Shown here one piece after another: positions 30,220 to 39,267 of a stretch of 64,000 bases of DNA. The number at the start of each line of letters is the position of its first letter. The stretch's first letter is position 1. The DNA comes from Candidatus Marinacidobacterium sp. (GTDB taxonomy: Bacteria; Acidobacteriota; Vicinamibacteria; Marinacidobacterales; Marinacidobacteraceae), in assembly GCA_965220965.1 (NCBI GenBank), contig OZ244852.1, positions 1,504,001 to 1,568,000 of the forward strand, in the 5' to 3' direction. Position numbers and translations under genes: made by a program. The notes under the pieces are model-generated. The model was not told the origin of the DNA. It made no database searches and saw nothing but the letters and a program-made list of their open reading frames with translations.

Positions 30220-30954
30220 TCAGAGCGCGAGGCCTCCGGTCACTTCGAGGACCGCGCCGGTGATGTAGCTGGCCTCCGGAGAGGCGAGGAAGGAAACGGC
30301 GGCCGCCACTTCTTCGGGGGAGCCGGCGCGCGCCATCGGGATCGCGAAGTGCTCCTTCGCGGCGTCGCCCAGATGGCGGGTCATGTCGGTCTCCACGAGT
30401 CCGGGCGCGACCGCGTTCACCGTGACGTTCCGGCGGGCGACTTCCTTGGCGAGCGACTTGGTGAACCCGACGATCCCCGCCTTGGACGCCGCGTAGGCGG
30501 TCTGGCCGGCGTTGCCGTAGATCCCGACGACCGAACTCAGGTTCACGATGCGGCCGTAGCGGGCCTTCAGCATCGGGCGGATCGCCGCGTGGCAGCAGGC
30601 GTAGACGCCGTCGAGGTTCGTCCCGAGGACCTCGCGCCACTGCTCGCGCGACTGCGCCATCAGGAGGCGGTCGCGGGCGATGCCGGCGTTGTTCACGAGG
30701 ATGTGGAGCGGCCCCTCGGCGTGGATCTCCGCGAAGGTCGCCTTCACCGAGTCCGGGTCGGCGATGTCGAGGCCGATCCCACGCACCCGGCCGCGCCCGC
30801 CGTCGAGCTCCCCGGCGGCCGCTTCCGCCCGCGCCGCATCGGTCCCGGTGAGCCAGACCCGCGCCCCGTCGTCGGCGAGCCGGGCGGCGATCGCGCGACC
30901 GATCCCACGCGTTCCGCCGGTCACCAGCGCGCGCTGTTCCTCGAAGCGCTTCAC
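30220..30954 (-). CDS. fabG: 3-oxoacyl-ACP reductase
   Basis: TGGTRGIG, NNAGI, YAASK, VAPG; GTGA overlap with fabD. Confidence 0.93.
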   Translation of the reverse strand: MKRFEEQRALVTGGTRGIGRAIAARLADDGARVWLTGTDAARAEAAAGELDGGRGRVRGIGLDIADPDSVKATFAEIHAEGPLHILVNNAGIARDRLLMAQSREQWREVLGTNLDGVYACCHAAIRPMLKARYGRIVNLSSVVGIYGNAGQTAYAASKAGIVGFTKSLAKEVARRNVTVNAVAPGLVETDMTRHLGDAAKEHFAIPMARAGSPEEVAAAVSFLASPEASYITGAVLEVTGGLAL

Positions 30955-31898
30955 GCCGCGACCCCCTCGAGGGCGCCCAGACACCGCTCGACCCCGTCCG
31001 GGTCGGAAACGGCGAAGGTCTGACAGCCTCGGACGATCCGCCGGGCCAGACCGCTCAGCACGCGGCCCTCGCCGACCTCGACGAAGACCCCGGCGCCGGC
31101 GGCGCCCATCCCGGTCACCGTCTCCTCCCAGCGCACCGGGGACGCCACCTGGCGGCGGAGCCCGTCGCGGGCCTCGGCGCCGGTGGTGATCGGGGCGGCG
31201 TCCACGTTGGTCCAAAGCGGCGCGGCGGGGTCAGCGAAAGCCGTGGCCTCCAGTTCGGGCGCCAGACGGCGGGCGGCTGGCTCCATGAGGCTGGTGTGGA
31301 ACGGCGCGCTGACCGGAAGCGGCACGACGCGCCGGGCCCCGGCGGCCTGAAAGCGGGCCGAGGCTTCCCCGACCGCCCCCGCGGCCCCGCCGATCACGAT
31401 CTGCCCGGCGCCGTTGAAGTTCGCCGGCTCGACGACCCCGAGTCCCTCGGCGCGAACCTCGGCGCAGACCGAGTCCACCGTCGGCGCGGGAAGGCCGAGC
31501 ACCGCGGCCATCGCCCCCTCCCCCTCGGGAACGGCCTCCTGCATGAACTCCCCGCGCCGGCGGGTCAGGCGGACGGCGTCCGCGAAGTCGAGGCTCCCGA
31601 GGGCGACGAGCGCCGAGTACTCGCCGAGGCTGTGCCCGGCGGCGAGATCGCAGGTTGCACCGCGGGCCGCGAGCACCCGGAAGGCCGCCACGCTCACGGT
31701 GAGGAGCGCCGGCTGGGTGTTCCGGGTGCGCCGCAGATCGTCTTCCGGGCCGTTGAAGCAAAGCCCGGACAGGGACTCCCCGAGCGCGTCGTCGGCTTCC
31801 TCGAACGCCGCGCGGGCTTCGGGGAAGGTCTCGGCGAGAGCCTTCCCCATGCCGACCCGCTGCGAGCCCTGGCCGGGGAACAGGAAAGCGGCGCTCAC
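30951..31898 (-). CDS. fabD: Malonyl-CoA:ACP transacylase
   Basis: FPGQGSQ, GHSLGEY, VSAPFH; GTGA overlap with rpmF. Confidence 0.95.
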   Translation of the reverse strand: MSAAFLFPGQGSQRVGMGKALAETFPEARAAFEEADDALGESLSGLCFNGPEDDLRRTRNTQPALLTVSVAAFRVLAARGATCDLAAGHSLGEYSALVALGSLDFADAVRLTRRRGEFMQEAVPEGEGAMAAVLGLPAPTVDSVCAEVRAEGLGVVEPANFNGAGQIVIGGAAGAVGEASARFQAAGARRVVPLPVSAPFHTSLMEPAARRLAPELEATAFADPAAPLWTNVDAAPITTGAEARDGLRRQVASPVRWEETVTGMGAAGAGVFVEVGEGRVLSGLARRIVRGCQTFAVSDPDGVERCLGALEGVAA

Positions 31899-32080
31899 GC
31901 CAGTTCCTTCACCTCGAGGACCTTCTTGCCCTTGTAGGAGCCGCAGTGGGGGCACACCACGTGGGGGCGGATGCGCCGCTGGCAGGCGGTGCAGACCGAG
32001 AGCGCCGGAAGCGAGAGGCCGTCGTGGGCCCGGCGGCGGTTCCGGCGGCCGCGCGAGTGGCGGCGTTTGGGCTGGGGCAT
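31895..32080 (-). CDS. rpmF: 50S ribosomal protein L32 (zinc-binding type)
   Basis: PKRRHSRGRRNRRRAH, CxxC..H..CxxCGSY. Confidence 0.96.
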   Translation of the reverse strand: MPQPKRRHSRGRRNRRRAHDGLSLPALSVCTACQRRIRPHVVCPHCGSYKGKKVLEVKELA

Positions 32081-32189
32081 GGCGGGGTTCGGCTCCTTGC
32101 GTCGGAGGGAGGGTTCAGGGTGGGCGCCCGGTCCGGTCGTCGGCTCCGGCGGGGCCGGGCGTTCGCGCGGATCTTCGGCGGGTCGTCCG

Positions 32190-32798
32190 TCAGTGGCGGG
32201 ACCGGCCCGCTGCGGTGAGCGCCCGGAGGCCGGCGAGCGGCCCGTCGAGCTTCGGGGAGGAGCGCCCGGCGCAGTCGCAGGCGCTCCGGTTCCGGTCCGC
32301 CCCGCAGTCGGGGCAGAGGCCGGCGCAGTCCGCGGCGCACAGCGGCTTCACCGGAAGCGCCAGGTGGAGCTGCTCCCAGATCGCGCCGCGGAGGTCGAGG
32401 CGGTCCTCATTGTAGAAGGAGACGTTCATGTCCGAGGCTTCGAGCGCCTGCTCGCCGCCCTCGGCGGCGTCGGAGTTCCCGGCGGCCATCTCGCTCGCCG
32501 GCAGCCACACGAGGTCAACGCCGTCGTCCACCCGGAGCCCCACATCCCCGAGGCACCGGACGCACTCGAGCCGGAGCTCCCCGGCGAGGCGCGCCCGCAG
32601 GCGGAAGCCGCCGGACTCGAGCCGGTCGAGGCGACCGTTCAGACCGAGGACGGAAACGATCCCGAATCCGGGTTCCGGGTAGCCCGCCTCCCGGAAGCCG
32701 AGATCAGCTTTCGAGGCGCGGATCGCGATCCGCGCGCCGCGCGAGCCCACCGCCGGCAGGTGCACCGAGAGAGCGGCGGGGTCGTGGGGCTGGGGCAT
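32190..32798 (-). CDS. yceD: DUF177 / YceD family protein
   Basis: ECVRCL, LALPVKPLC..DCAGLCPDCG; upstream of rpmF. Confidence 0.9.
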   Translation of the reverse strand: MPQPHDPAALSVHLPAVGSRGARIAIRASKADLGFREAGYPEPGFGIVSVLGLNGRLDRLESGGFRLRARLAGELRLECVRCLGDVGLRVDDGVDLVWLPASEMAAGNSDAAEGGEQALEASDMNVSFYNEDRLDLRGAIWEQLHLALPVKPLCAADCAGLCPDCGADRNRSACDCAGRSSPKLDGPLAGLRALTAAGRSRH

Positions 32799-32876
32799 CG
32801 GACAATTCCGCGGATTTTATCCGTTCCCGGGGCCCCCCCACGCGGCGCGCGCGGGGCCCCGGCGGCGTCCGCCTCA

Positions 32877-32889
32877 TAGAATCGGAAGC
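32877..32889 (+). promoter_or_regulatory. -10 box directly before ATG (leaderless-type promoter)
   Basis: TAGAAT + 7 nt + ATG 32890, no SD. Confidence 0.6.
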
Positions 32890-33858
32890 ATGCGCGCCAC
32901 GGCTTTCATCCTCCTCCTGATCCCATCGGCTCTCCTCACCGCGTGCGCTCCCGCGCCGCCGGCGGAGCCGGTCGAAAAGCCCCCCTGGGAGTGGACCGAG
33001 GCCGAGTGGCGCGCTCCGGTGGAGGCGGTCCGCGCCGGCCGCCGGCTGGCCCCCTCGAGCTGGCCGGGCGGCGCCCGGGTCGCGGTGGCGCTCTCGTTCG
33101 ACTTCGACAATGAGACCGTCTCGTTGCGGGACAACCAGACGACCGCCTCGAACCTGTCAAGAGGCCAGTACGGCTCGCGGGCGGGCCTCCCCCGGGTGCT
33201 CGACCTGCTCGAGCGGCACGAGATCCCGTCCTCGTTCTTCATCCCGGCGGTCAGCGCGCTGCTCTACCCCGATGACGTGGCCGACATCGTCGCCGGCGGG
33301 CACGAGATCGGCGTCCACGGCTGGATCCACGAGCGCAACTCGCAGATCCCCGGGGATGTGGAGCGCCGCCTCATCGAGCGGGCGGTCGAGACCCTCACCG
33401 AGATGACCGGGACCCGGCCGGTGGGGCTCCGCACGCCGTCGTGGGACTACAGCCCGAGCACGCTCCAGATCGTGCGGGACCTGGGATTCCTCTACGACTC
33501 GAGCCTGATGGCCGACGACTGGCCCTACGAGATCGTCGCCCACGGCGAGCCGACGGGCGTCGTGGAGCTTCCGGTGGAGTGGATCCTCGACGACGCTCCC
33601 TACTTCGGGTTCAGCCGCTACACGGCGATCCGTCCGCACTCGACGCCCGACGACGTGCTCTCGATCTGGAAGGCCGAGTTCGACATGGCGCACGCCGAAG
33701 GCGGCATGTTCCTGCTCACGATGCATCCCCACGTGATCGGGCACCGGTCCCGGATCGCGATGCTGGAGCGGCTCGTCGAACACATGAACGCCACCGGCGG
33801 CGTCTGGTACGCGACCCACGAACAGGTCGCCCGCTACGCCCTCGAAAACGCCGAATAG
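32890..33858 (+). CDS. Polysaccharide deacetylase family lipoprotein
   Basis: Lipobox LTAC; SFDFD, HEIGVHGWIHE, RTPSW, YDSS, TMHP. Confidence 0.9.
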   Translation: MRATAFILLLIPSALLTACAPAPPAEPVEKPPWEWTEAEWRAPVEAVRAGRRLAPSSWPGGARVAVALSFDFDNETVSLRDNQTTASNLSRGQYGSRAGLPRVLDLLERHEIPSSFFIPAVSALLYPDDVADIVAGGHEIGVHGWIHERNSQIPGDVERRLIERAVETLTEMTGTRPVGLRTPSWDYSPSTLQIVRDLGFLYDSSLMADDWPYEIVAHGEPTGVVELPVEWILDDAPYFGFSRYTAIRPHSTPDDVLSIWKAEFDMAHAEGGMFLLTMHPHVIGHRSRIAMLERLVEHMNATGGVWYATHEQVARYALENAE

Positions 33859-33931
33859 GGACCGCGAGGTCCCGCCAGGCGCCCGGACCAAGCGGCCCGC
33901 GGCGCACACCACGACACGGATGGAGGACCCC

Positions 33932-35317
33932 ATGAAGGCACGTTCCCGAACCCTGTGCTCAGCGGCCGCGATCGCGGCGCTTCTTGCAACCGCCGCCGGC
34001 GCCGCCGGGGAGTCCGACAGCGGCGTCGCGCCGGCCGAGGAGTCTTCCAGCGGCGTTGCGCCCGCCGAGGAGTCCCCGAACGGCGTCGCGCCCGCCGTAG
34101 CGCTCGAGGCCGAGATCCGGGGCGAGCTCGCATCGCTCCGCGACCGGATCGAGCACCTCGAGGTCCTGCTCGGCGAGCTCACCGCAATGCGCCAGGGTGG
34201 AGCCCCGGCGGCGACGGCTGCCAGCGATGTCCCCGCCCCGGTGGAAAGCGCGTCCAGCGCCGCGGTCCAGGAGATGCCCGAGGGTCTCGCCAGCACCGGC
34301 GGGCCGCCGCTCGCCATCACCGGCCTGGTGGACACCTACTACACCCACAACACGAACGCGCCCGAGGACGGGACGAACACGCTCTACTACACGAACCCGC
34401 ACGCGCGCGGCTTCGGCGTGAACCAGTTGAAGCTGGAGCTCGAGACCACCGGCGCGGGGCCGTTCGGATTCCGGTCGGATCTGTGGTTCGGCTCGGGCGC
34501 GCGGCTCTTCCGCGAAGGACTCGAGCCCGGACCGCTCGCCGATCTGCTCTACGTGCAGCAGGCGTACGGCTACTACCGGTTCGGGAACGGCGCGCAGGTC
34601 GATGTGGGCGCGTTCGGGACGATCGCCGGGCTCGAGGTCGCCGAATCGCACGGCAACTGGAACTACTCCCGGGGCATCCTGTGGGCCTGGAACGAGCCGT
34701 TCTCCCACGTCGGAACGAGGCTGAGCGCCCCGCTGACGGACACCCTCACCGGGACGGTGATGCTCGTGAACGGCTTCGACAACGCCTTCGACCAGAACTC
34801 CGGCAAGTCCTACGGGCTCCAGGGCGCGTGGGCGCCGAGCGACCGGGGGAGCACGGTCCTCACCTGGATCCACGGACCCGAAAACGCCGGCACGAACGAC
34901 GGCTGGCTCCGCGACCTGAGCTGGAACGCGTCCTACCAGTTCAGCGACCGCTTCGAGGCGATGGCGAACATGGACCTCATCTCGGCGACCGACCCCCAGG
35001 GCGTGACCGCGATGTCGTGGGGGATGGGGGGTTACCTGCGGTTCCACCTGAGCGACCGGGTGCGGATCGCCCAGCGCTACGAGTTCCTCGACGACCAGGA
35101 GGGCCGCTCCACCGGCGTCTCCCAGACGCTCATGGAGAACACCCTCACCCTCGAGTTCCAGCCGGTGCTCGACGACCCGAGGTTCCTGACCCGGCTGGAG
35201 TACCGCCGCGACTGGTCGGACGCCGCCTTCTTCAGTTGCTCCACCTGCTCGGACGGCGTCTCGACCAGCCAGAACACCTTCACCATCGGGATGTCCTGGG
35301 TCTTCGGCCCGAGGTAG
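33932..35317 (+). CDS. Outer-membrane beta-barrel porin (BBP2/OmpL-like)
   Basis: Signal peptide, coiled coil, GLVDTYY, QQAY, GLEVAES..NWNYSR, PFSHVG, RLEYRRD; GGAGG SD. Confidence 0.8.
   Translation: MKARSRTLCSAAAIAALLATAAGAAGESDSGVAPAEESSSGVAPAEESPNGVAPAVALEAEIRGELASLRDRIEHLEVLLGELTAMRQGGAPAATAASDVPAPVESASSAAVQEMPEGLASTGGPPLAITGLVDTYYTHNTNAPEDGTNTLYYTNPHARGFGVNQLKLELETTGAGPFGFRSDLWFGSGARLFREGLEPGPLADLLYVQQAYGYYRFGNGAQVDVGAFGTIAGLEVAESHGNWNYSRGILWAWNEPFSHVGTRLSAPLTDTLTGTVMLVNGFDNAFDQNSGKSYGLQGAWAPSDRGSTVLTWIHGPENAGTNDGWLRDLSWNASYQFSDRFEAMANMDLISATDPQGVTAMSWGMGGYLRFHLSDRVRIAQRYEFLDDQEGRSTGVSQTLMENTLTLEFQPVLDDPRFLTRLEYRRDWSDAAFFSCSTCSDGVSTSQNTFTIGMSWVFGPR
34010..34099 (+). repeat. Three imperfect 30-bp tandem repeats encoding ES-x-S/N-GVAPAE
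   Basis: gagtccgacagcggcgtcgcgccggccgag / gagtcttccagcggcgttgcgcccgccgag / gagtccccgaacggcgtcgcgcccgccgta. Confidence 0.85.
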
Positions 35318-35331
35318 GGTCGGGGGATCCC

Positions 35332-36765
35332 ATGAAGTTCGGGTTCCGCAACATCCCGCCGATCCGCGAGGCGGAGCTCGAGCTGGGCGATCTCACGATC
35401 ATTGCGGGCAAGAACAACTCGGGGAAGACCTATCTCGCGTACGCGCTCTACGGGTTCCTGAAGGGTTGCCGGGCCTGGCCGGCGGAACGCCGGCGCGAGG
35501 AGATCTCGGTTCCAGCCTGGTCGGCGGAGGGCGCCCGGCCTGAGGACCCGCCACCCGACTGGGCCCGGATCGTTGACGAACTGCGGCGAACCGGCCGCAT
35601 GGGTCTCAAGGTTTCTCCCGCCGCGCTGCGGGAGCACCGGGACCATGTCGTGAAGATCCTGGCGCGGGACTTCGTCCGCGAGCAGCTTCCCGGCGTGTTT
35701 CGGGTGGCTCAGGAGGAGTTCGCCGACGCGGAAATCCGTTTCTCCAACGAGCGAAGCGATTTCGTCGGGGGCGCCGAAGCCCGTTACGCGCCGAACGCCC
35801 GGATGACCATCGAATACGACGGGACCACCCTTGAGATCAACGCCCACGGAAGCAGTCGAGAGCGCATCGAGACTCCCCGCTGGCTCACCAACGCGCTGGC
35901 GCGGGCCTATGTCCTGTTCCTGTTCTCTGACGTGCCGGAACCCTTCGTCCTGACCGGTGAGCGGCTTGGCATCCCGCTCTTCTACCGGGAGCTCGACTTC
36001 ACCCGAAGCAAGCTCGTCGAGCTTCTTCAGGAGCACACCGGAGAGTCTGGCCGGGACGATCTGGAGTTTCCCTATCTGGTCATCGACAAGGCGTCGAACC
36101 GCTACGCGCTTCCCATCAGCGACAACATTTCGTACACACGAGAGCTGCCCGACCGTAACGGCGGAAAGGGACTCGCGGAGGAGTGGGTTGGCGATGAGCT
36201 GTCGGCCGTGGTGGACGGCGAGTTCGTGTCGCGGGGCGGGGAAGTGCGGTATCGCTCGGTGGAGGGCGCGTCGGAGAAGTTCGACATCCCGCTCCACCGG
36301 GCTTCGTCCTCGGCGCGCGCCCTCATGCCCCTCGACTTCTTCCTCCGGCATGACGCCCACAAGGGCCAGCTCCTCATCGTGGACGAGCCGGAGAGCCACC
36401 TCGACGTGTACAACCAGGTGGCGCTCGCCCGCCTTCTGGCGAAGACCGCCAGGGCCGGCGTCCGCGTCCTGGTGACAACGCACAGCGACTATTTCGTCAA
36501 GGAAATCAACAACTTGATCATGGCTTCGCACTTCGGACCGGAGAGTCCGGTGGTGCGCAAGCAGGGTTACGAGGGACAGGCGCGACTGCCGGCCTCGTCC
36601 GTGCGGGCCTACATGACCCGCGAAGGCGTGCTGGAACGGTGCGCCGTGGACGAGTACGGCATCGATGTCCCCATCTTCGAGGAGGCCATTCGCAAGATCG
36701 ACCGGCGCTCCCGAGGGCTGGCCGCCGAGTTGTATGAGTCCCTTCGCGAAGCAGACAAGCAGTAG
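35332..36765 (+). CDS. ABC-type ATPase (AAA_15/AAA_21-like)
   Basis: Walker A GKNNSGKT, degenerate signature ASSSAR, Walker B IVDEPESHL, H-loop TTHSDY. Confidence 0.9.
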   Translation: MKFGFRNIPPIREAELELGDLTIIAGKNNSGKTYLAYALYGFLKGCRAWPAERRREEISVPAWSAEGARPEDPPPDWARIVDELRRTGRMGLKVSPAALREHRDHVVKILARDFVREQLPGVFRVAQEEFADAEIRFSNERSDFVGGAEARYAPNARMTIEYDGTTLEINAHGSSRERIETPRWLTNALARAYVLFLFSDVPEPFVLTGERLGIPLFYRELDFTRSKLVELLQEHTGESGRDDLEFPYLVIDKASNRYALPISDNISYTRELPDRNGGKGLAEEWVGDELSAVVDGEFVSRGGEVRYRSVEGASEKFDIPLHRASSSARALMPLDFFLRHDAHKGQLLIVDEPESHLDVYNQVALARLLAKTARAGVRVLVTTHSDYFVKEINNLIMASHFGPESPVVRKQGYEGQARLPASSVRAYMTREGVLERCAVDEYGIDVPIFEEAIRKIDRRSRGLAAELYESLREADKQ

Positions 36766-37348
36766 TTGGCGGGACGTCCTCGCCGAGTGCCTGGATCCGG
36801 CCGGACTCGTTGACTGCGCCGGGCCACGCTGCCGTCTCAGGGGCTCCAGGGGGACAGAACTCACGATCACCGGCTGGCGGCCCGAATTCGCTGCCGTCCG
36901 CATTCGCGGCGAGAAGGGTTCGGCGGGGGTCGGTCACCTGCCCGGTGTGGAGTCCCGTTCCGGACTCCTCAGGAGCGCGGACTACATCCTGTTCGCGCAG
37001 GTCGAGAACATCCCGTACGCCGTTGTCGTAGAGTTGAAGAAGAGTCTCCGCCCGGGAGACGAGAGGGCCCACGAGCAGGTCTACAGGACGAGACCCATGG
37101 CGGCGTATCTCTCCCGGATGGCGAGAGATAGCGGAGTCTCCGGGCCGCAGCCCGAGCTACGGCATGTCGTCGTCGCGGCGCAACCCGGCCAACTCCTGCG
37201 AAGACCGATCGCTCGCACGGCGCCCCTGGCGCTCGTGTACGAGTGGCGACTGGGTCAGGTCCGTGGATTCCACTTCCTGGCGGAGCAGCTTCCCATCGAG
37301 GCCCTGGTAGCAGATCCATCCGAAACGTCCCAAGGAGATCCGACATGA
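36734..37348 (+). CDS. Putative PD-(D/E)xK restriction-endonuclease-fold protein
   Basis: ADYILF...VVVELKK...HEQ motif; overlaps the ATPase 3' end. Confidence 0.65.
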   Translation: MSPFAKQTSSSWRDVLAECLDPAGLVDCAGPRCRLRGSRGTELTITGWRPEFAAVRIRGEKGSAGVGHLPGVESRSGLLRSADYILFAQVENIPYAVVVELKKSLRPGDERAHEQVYRTRPMAAYLSRMARDSGVSGPQPELRHVVVAAQPGQLLRRPIARTAPLALVYEWRLGQVRGFHFLAEQLPIEALVADPSETSQGDPT

Positions 37349-37590
37349 AGCCCGAGACCCGGCGTGGAGCCAGCAAGACGACCCGATCCGACGGCTCCTC
37401 CACATCCGCACCCGAGACCCCGAGCCCCGTCAAGAGAGACGGACCGGACCGCAGCCCCGAAGCCGGTTACGAACAACGCCTCCGCGAGATCCGCGCCATC
37501 GCGGACCGCTGCGCCGAGCTGATGGGACCGGGCCCCTCCGCGGTGGAGCACGGCGACCTGCTCTACGACGACAAGGGCCTCCCTCGGTAA
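37345..37590 (+). CDS. VapB-like antitoxin (PSK transcription factor family), C-terminal part only
   Basis: AAGGAG SD, ATGA overlap; IRAIADRCA..HGDLLYDDKGLPR tail. Confidence 0.65.
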   Translation: MKPETRRGASKTTRSDGSSTSAPETPSPVKRDGPDRSPEAGYEQRLREIRAIADRCAELMGPGPSAVEHGDLLYDDKGLPR

Positions 37591-37593
37591 TCC

Positions 37594-37613
37594 CCGCCGA
37601 GAGCCCTCGGCGG
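37594..37613 (+). terminator. 8-bp GC hairpin after antitoxin-like gene
   Basis: CCGCCGAG-agcc-CTCGGCGG immediately after the TAA stop. Confidence 0.4.
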
Positions 37614-37686
37614 CGGCGGCCCTCCGTGACGGTCCAGTCGTGGCGGGCTCTCGGAACTCTGGGGCGAACCTTTCCTGCCGCTGACG

Positions 37687-38526
37687 TCAGTCCTCGCCCA
37701 GCTCCAGGCCCGCGCGCATGGCCGCTCTCACGACAACACCGCGTTGTCCGGACACGCAGAAGCTGCTTGAATGGAACACGTCGTGATTGAAGCGATCCAC
37801 AAATGAGGCGCTTACGGGAAATCGCCTCGCTTGCGCACCTTGCCGTTCGCCGGACCATCGAATCACAGCATTGCTCGCAATCGCGAGTACAAGATTGGGG
37901 ATCGCGTCCCTGCGCACGCCGCCATACGGTTGCTTGACGACGGGAGTCGTCCCCGACAGGAACTGGCCACTCACCCTTCGGGACAGCCCATAGAAGAGAC
38001 CCCGACTCTCCATGTCCGGCATGAGCTTCTCCTCAATAGATCCAACGACACGGACACGAGCGTTGTCAAGCGCCCTCTTCTCCGATTGGGCGAGCTGCTC
38101 GCGCTCGCTCCCTGCGCCGGCCATTGCTTCGCAATGCATCTGGGTTTCTATTCCGTCCAGCACATCACTGCGGAGGAACTGCGTCACCGCGAATTCATCC
38201 AGAAGACTGCGGTCATTCTCGCTCAGGTCCACACACCCTTGGTTGGAGAGCGCCGCTTTCCGATTCCGAGACAACACGGGCGCGACCCTGCCCTCGAGAT
38301 GACTCAGTACGTTCTCCGTGGAAGGATCGACTGAACCGTCGTGCCGGCGTATTGAATAGGCATTCTTGGCGACGAGCGCTTTCCGAACTGTTGTTCTGAA
38401 CAGGCGCCCTCGTCGTTCAGATGTCCTGCTCACACACCAGAGTTGCTGTTCGTCATCCGCAAAGTGCCGCAAGAGACACTGCGGCACTCGATGGTGACGT
38501 CTGGAGGGCTTGCTTCTTGGCGCCAA
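37687..38526 (-). CDS. DUF4238 domain protein
   Basis: N-terminal RHHRVPQCLLRHF, ENVLSHLEG, QFLRS; visibly lower GC. Confidence 0.75.
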   Translation of the reverse strand: MAPRSKPSRRHHRVPQCLLRHFADDEQQLWCVSRTSERRGRLFRTTVRKALVAKNAYSIRRHDGSVDPSTENVLSHLEGRVAPVLSRNRKAALSNQGCVDLSENDRSLLDEFAVTQFLRSDVLDGIETQMHCEAMAGAGSEREQLAQSEKRALDNARVRVVGSIEEKLMPDMESRGLFYGLSRRVSGQFLSGTTPVVKQPYGGVRRDAIPNLVLAIASNAVIRWSGERQGAQARRFPVSASFVDRFNHDVFHSSSFCVSGQRGVVVRAAMRAGLELGED

Positions 38527-38550
38527 GATTGAGCGGCAGACGGTTTGGGT

Positions 38551-39267
38551 TCAGCCGGGCGACGTAGCCTCTTCCACGAATCGACGGATCGCCGAAGCAA
38601 CATCATCCGCCGCGGCGCCAGCCACGCGACCGGACGCCGCAAGGAGCCGCTTCGGGATTCGGAAGCCGTGGTCGGCGTCCTCGATCCACACTATCCGGCC
38701 GCCAGCGGACGCGACCGTGGCCTCCATGAAGTCACGCGGGGCGAAGGGATCCCGACCGCCACTCACGAACAGCGTGGGCACGGGAATCCGGGCGAGGTGC
38801 TCCGTCCGGGCGAGCGGGACTTCGCGCCGACCCGGTGGCCGGAGCGGATAGGCGAGGAATACGCCGCCGGCCACCCGGGGCATTGACGCCCGGTCCAGGT
38901 CGGCGAGGAAGAGGGAAGCCATCCGCCCCCCGAAGGATCGGCCACCGACAAAGAGCGGTCCCGGATAGCGCTCCGCCGTCCAGGCGGCGACGGCGCTGAC
39001 CGCCCGGATGGCAGTCGTCGGATGGTCGGGCCGCCTTCGGCCCGCTTCCGCTGCGGGGAGGTTGAACCGCAGGGCGCGGAATCCACGCCCGGCCAGGCGG
39101 CCGGCGAGCTGGACCAGGCCCGGAGTGTCGAGCGTCCCCGAGGCGCCGTGGGTCAGGGCGACCGTGGGGGTGTCGGGACCCGCGCCTTCGGGCTCGTGAA
39201 CCCGGGCCGTCAGTTCCCCGGAGCGGCCGTCGGGAAGCCGGAAGTTGGTCGGAGGGAGGTCCGTCAT
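38551..39267 (-). CDS. Alpha/beta hydrolase (KANL3/Tex30-like)
   Basis: THGAS, GGRSFGGR, AYPL, GGRDPF, ADHGF. Confidence 0.85.
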   Translation of the reverse strand: MTDLPPTNFRLPDGRSGELTARVHEPEGAGPDTPTVALTHGASGTLDTPGLVQLAGRLAGRGFRALRFNLPAAEAGRRRPDHPTTAIRAVSAVAAWTAERYPGPLFVGGRSFGGRMASLFLADLDRASMPRVAGGVFLAYPLRPPGRREVPLARTEHLARIPVPTLFVSGGRDPFAPRDFMEATVASAGGRIVWIEDADHGFRIPKRLLAASGRVAGAAADDVASAIRRFVEEATSPG

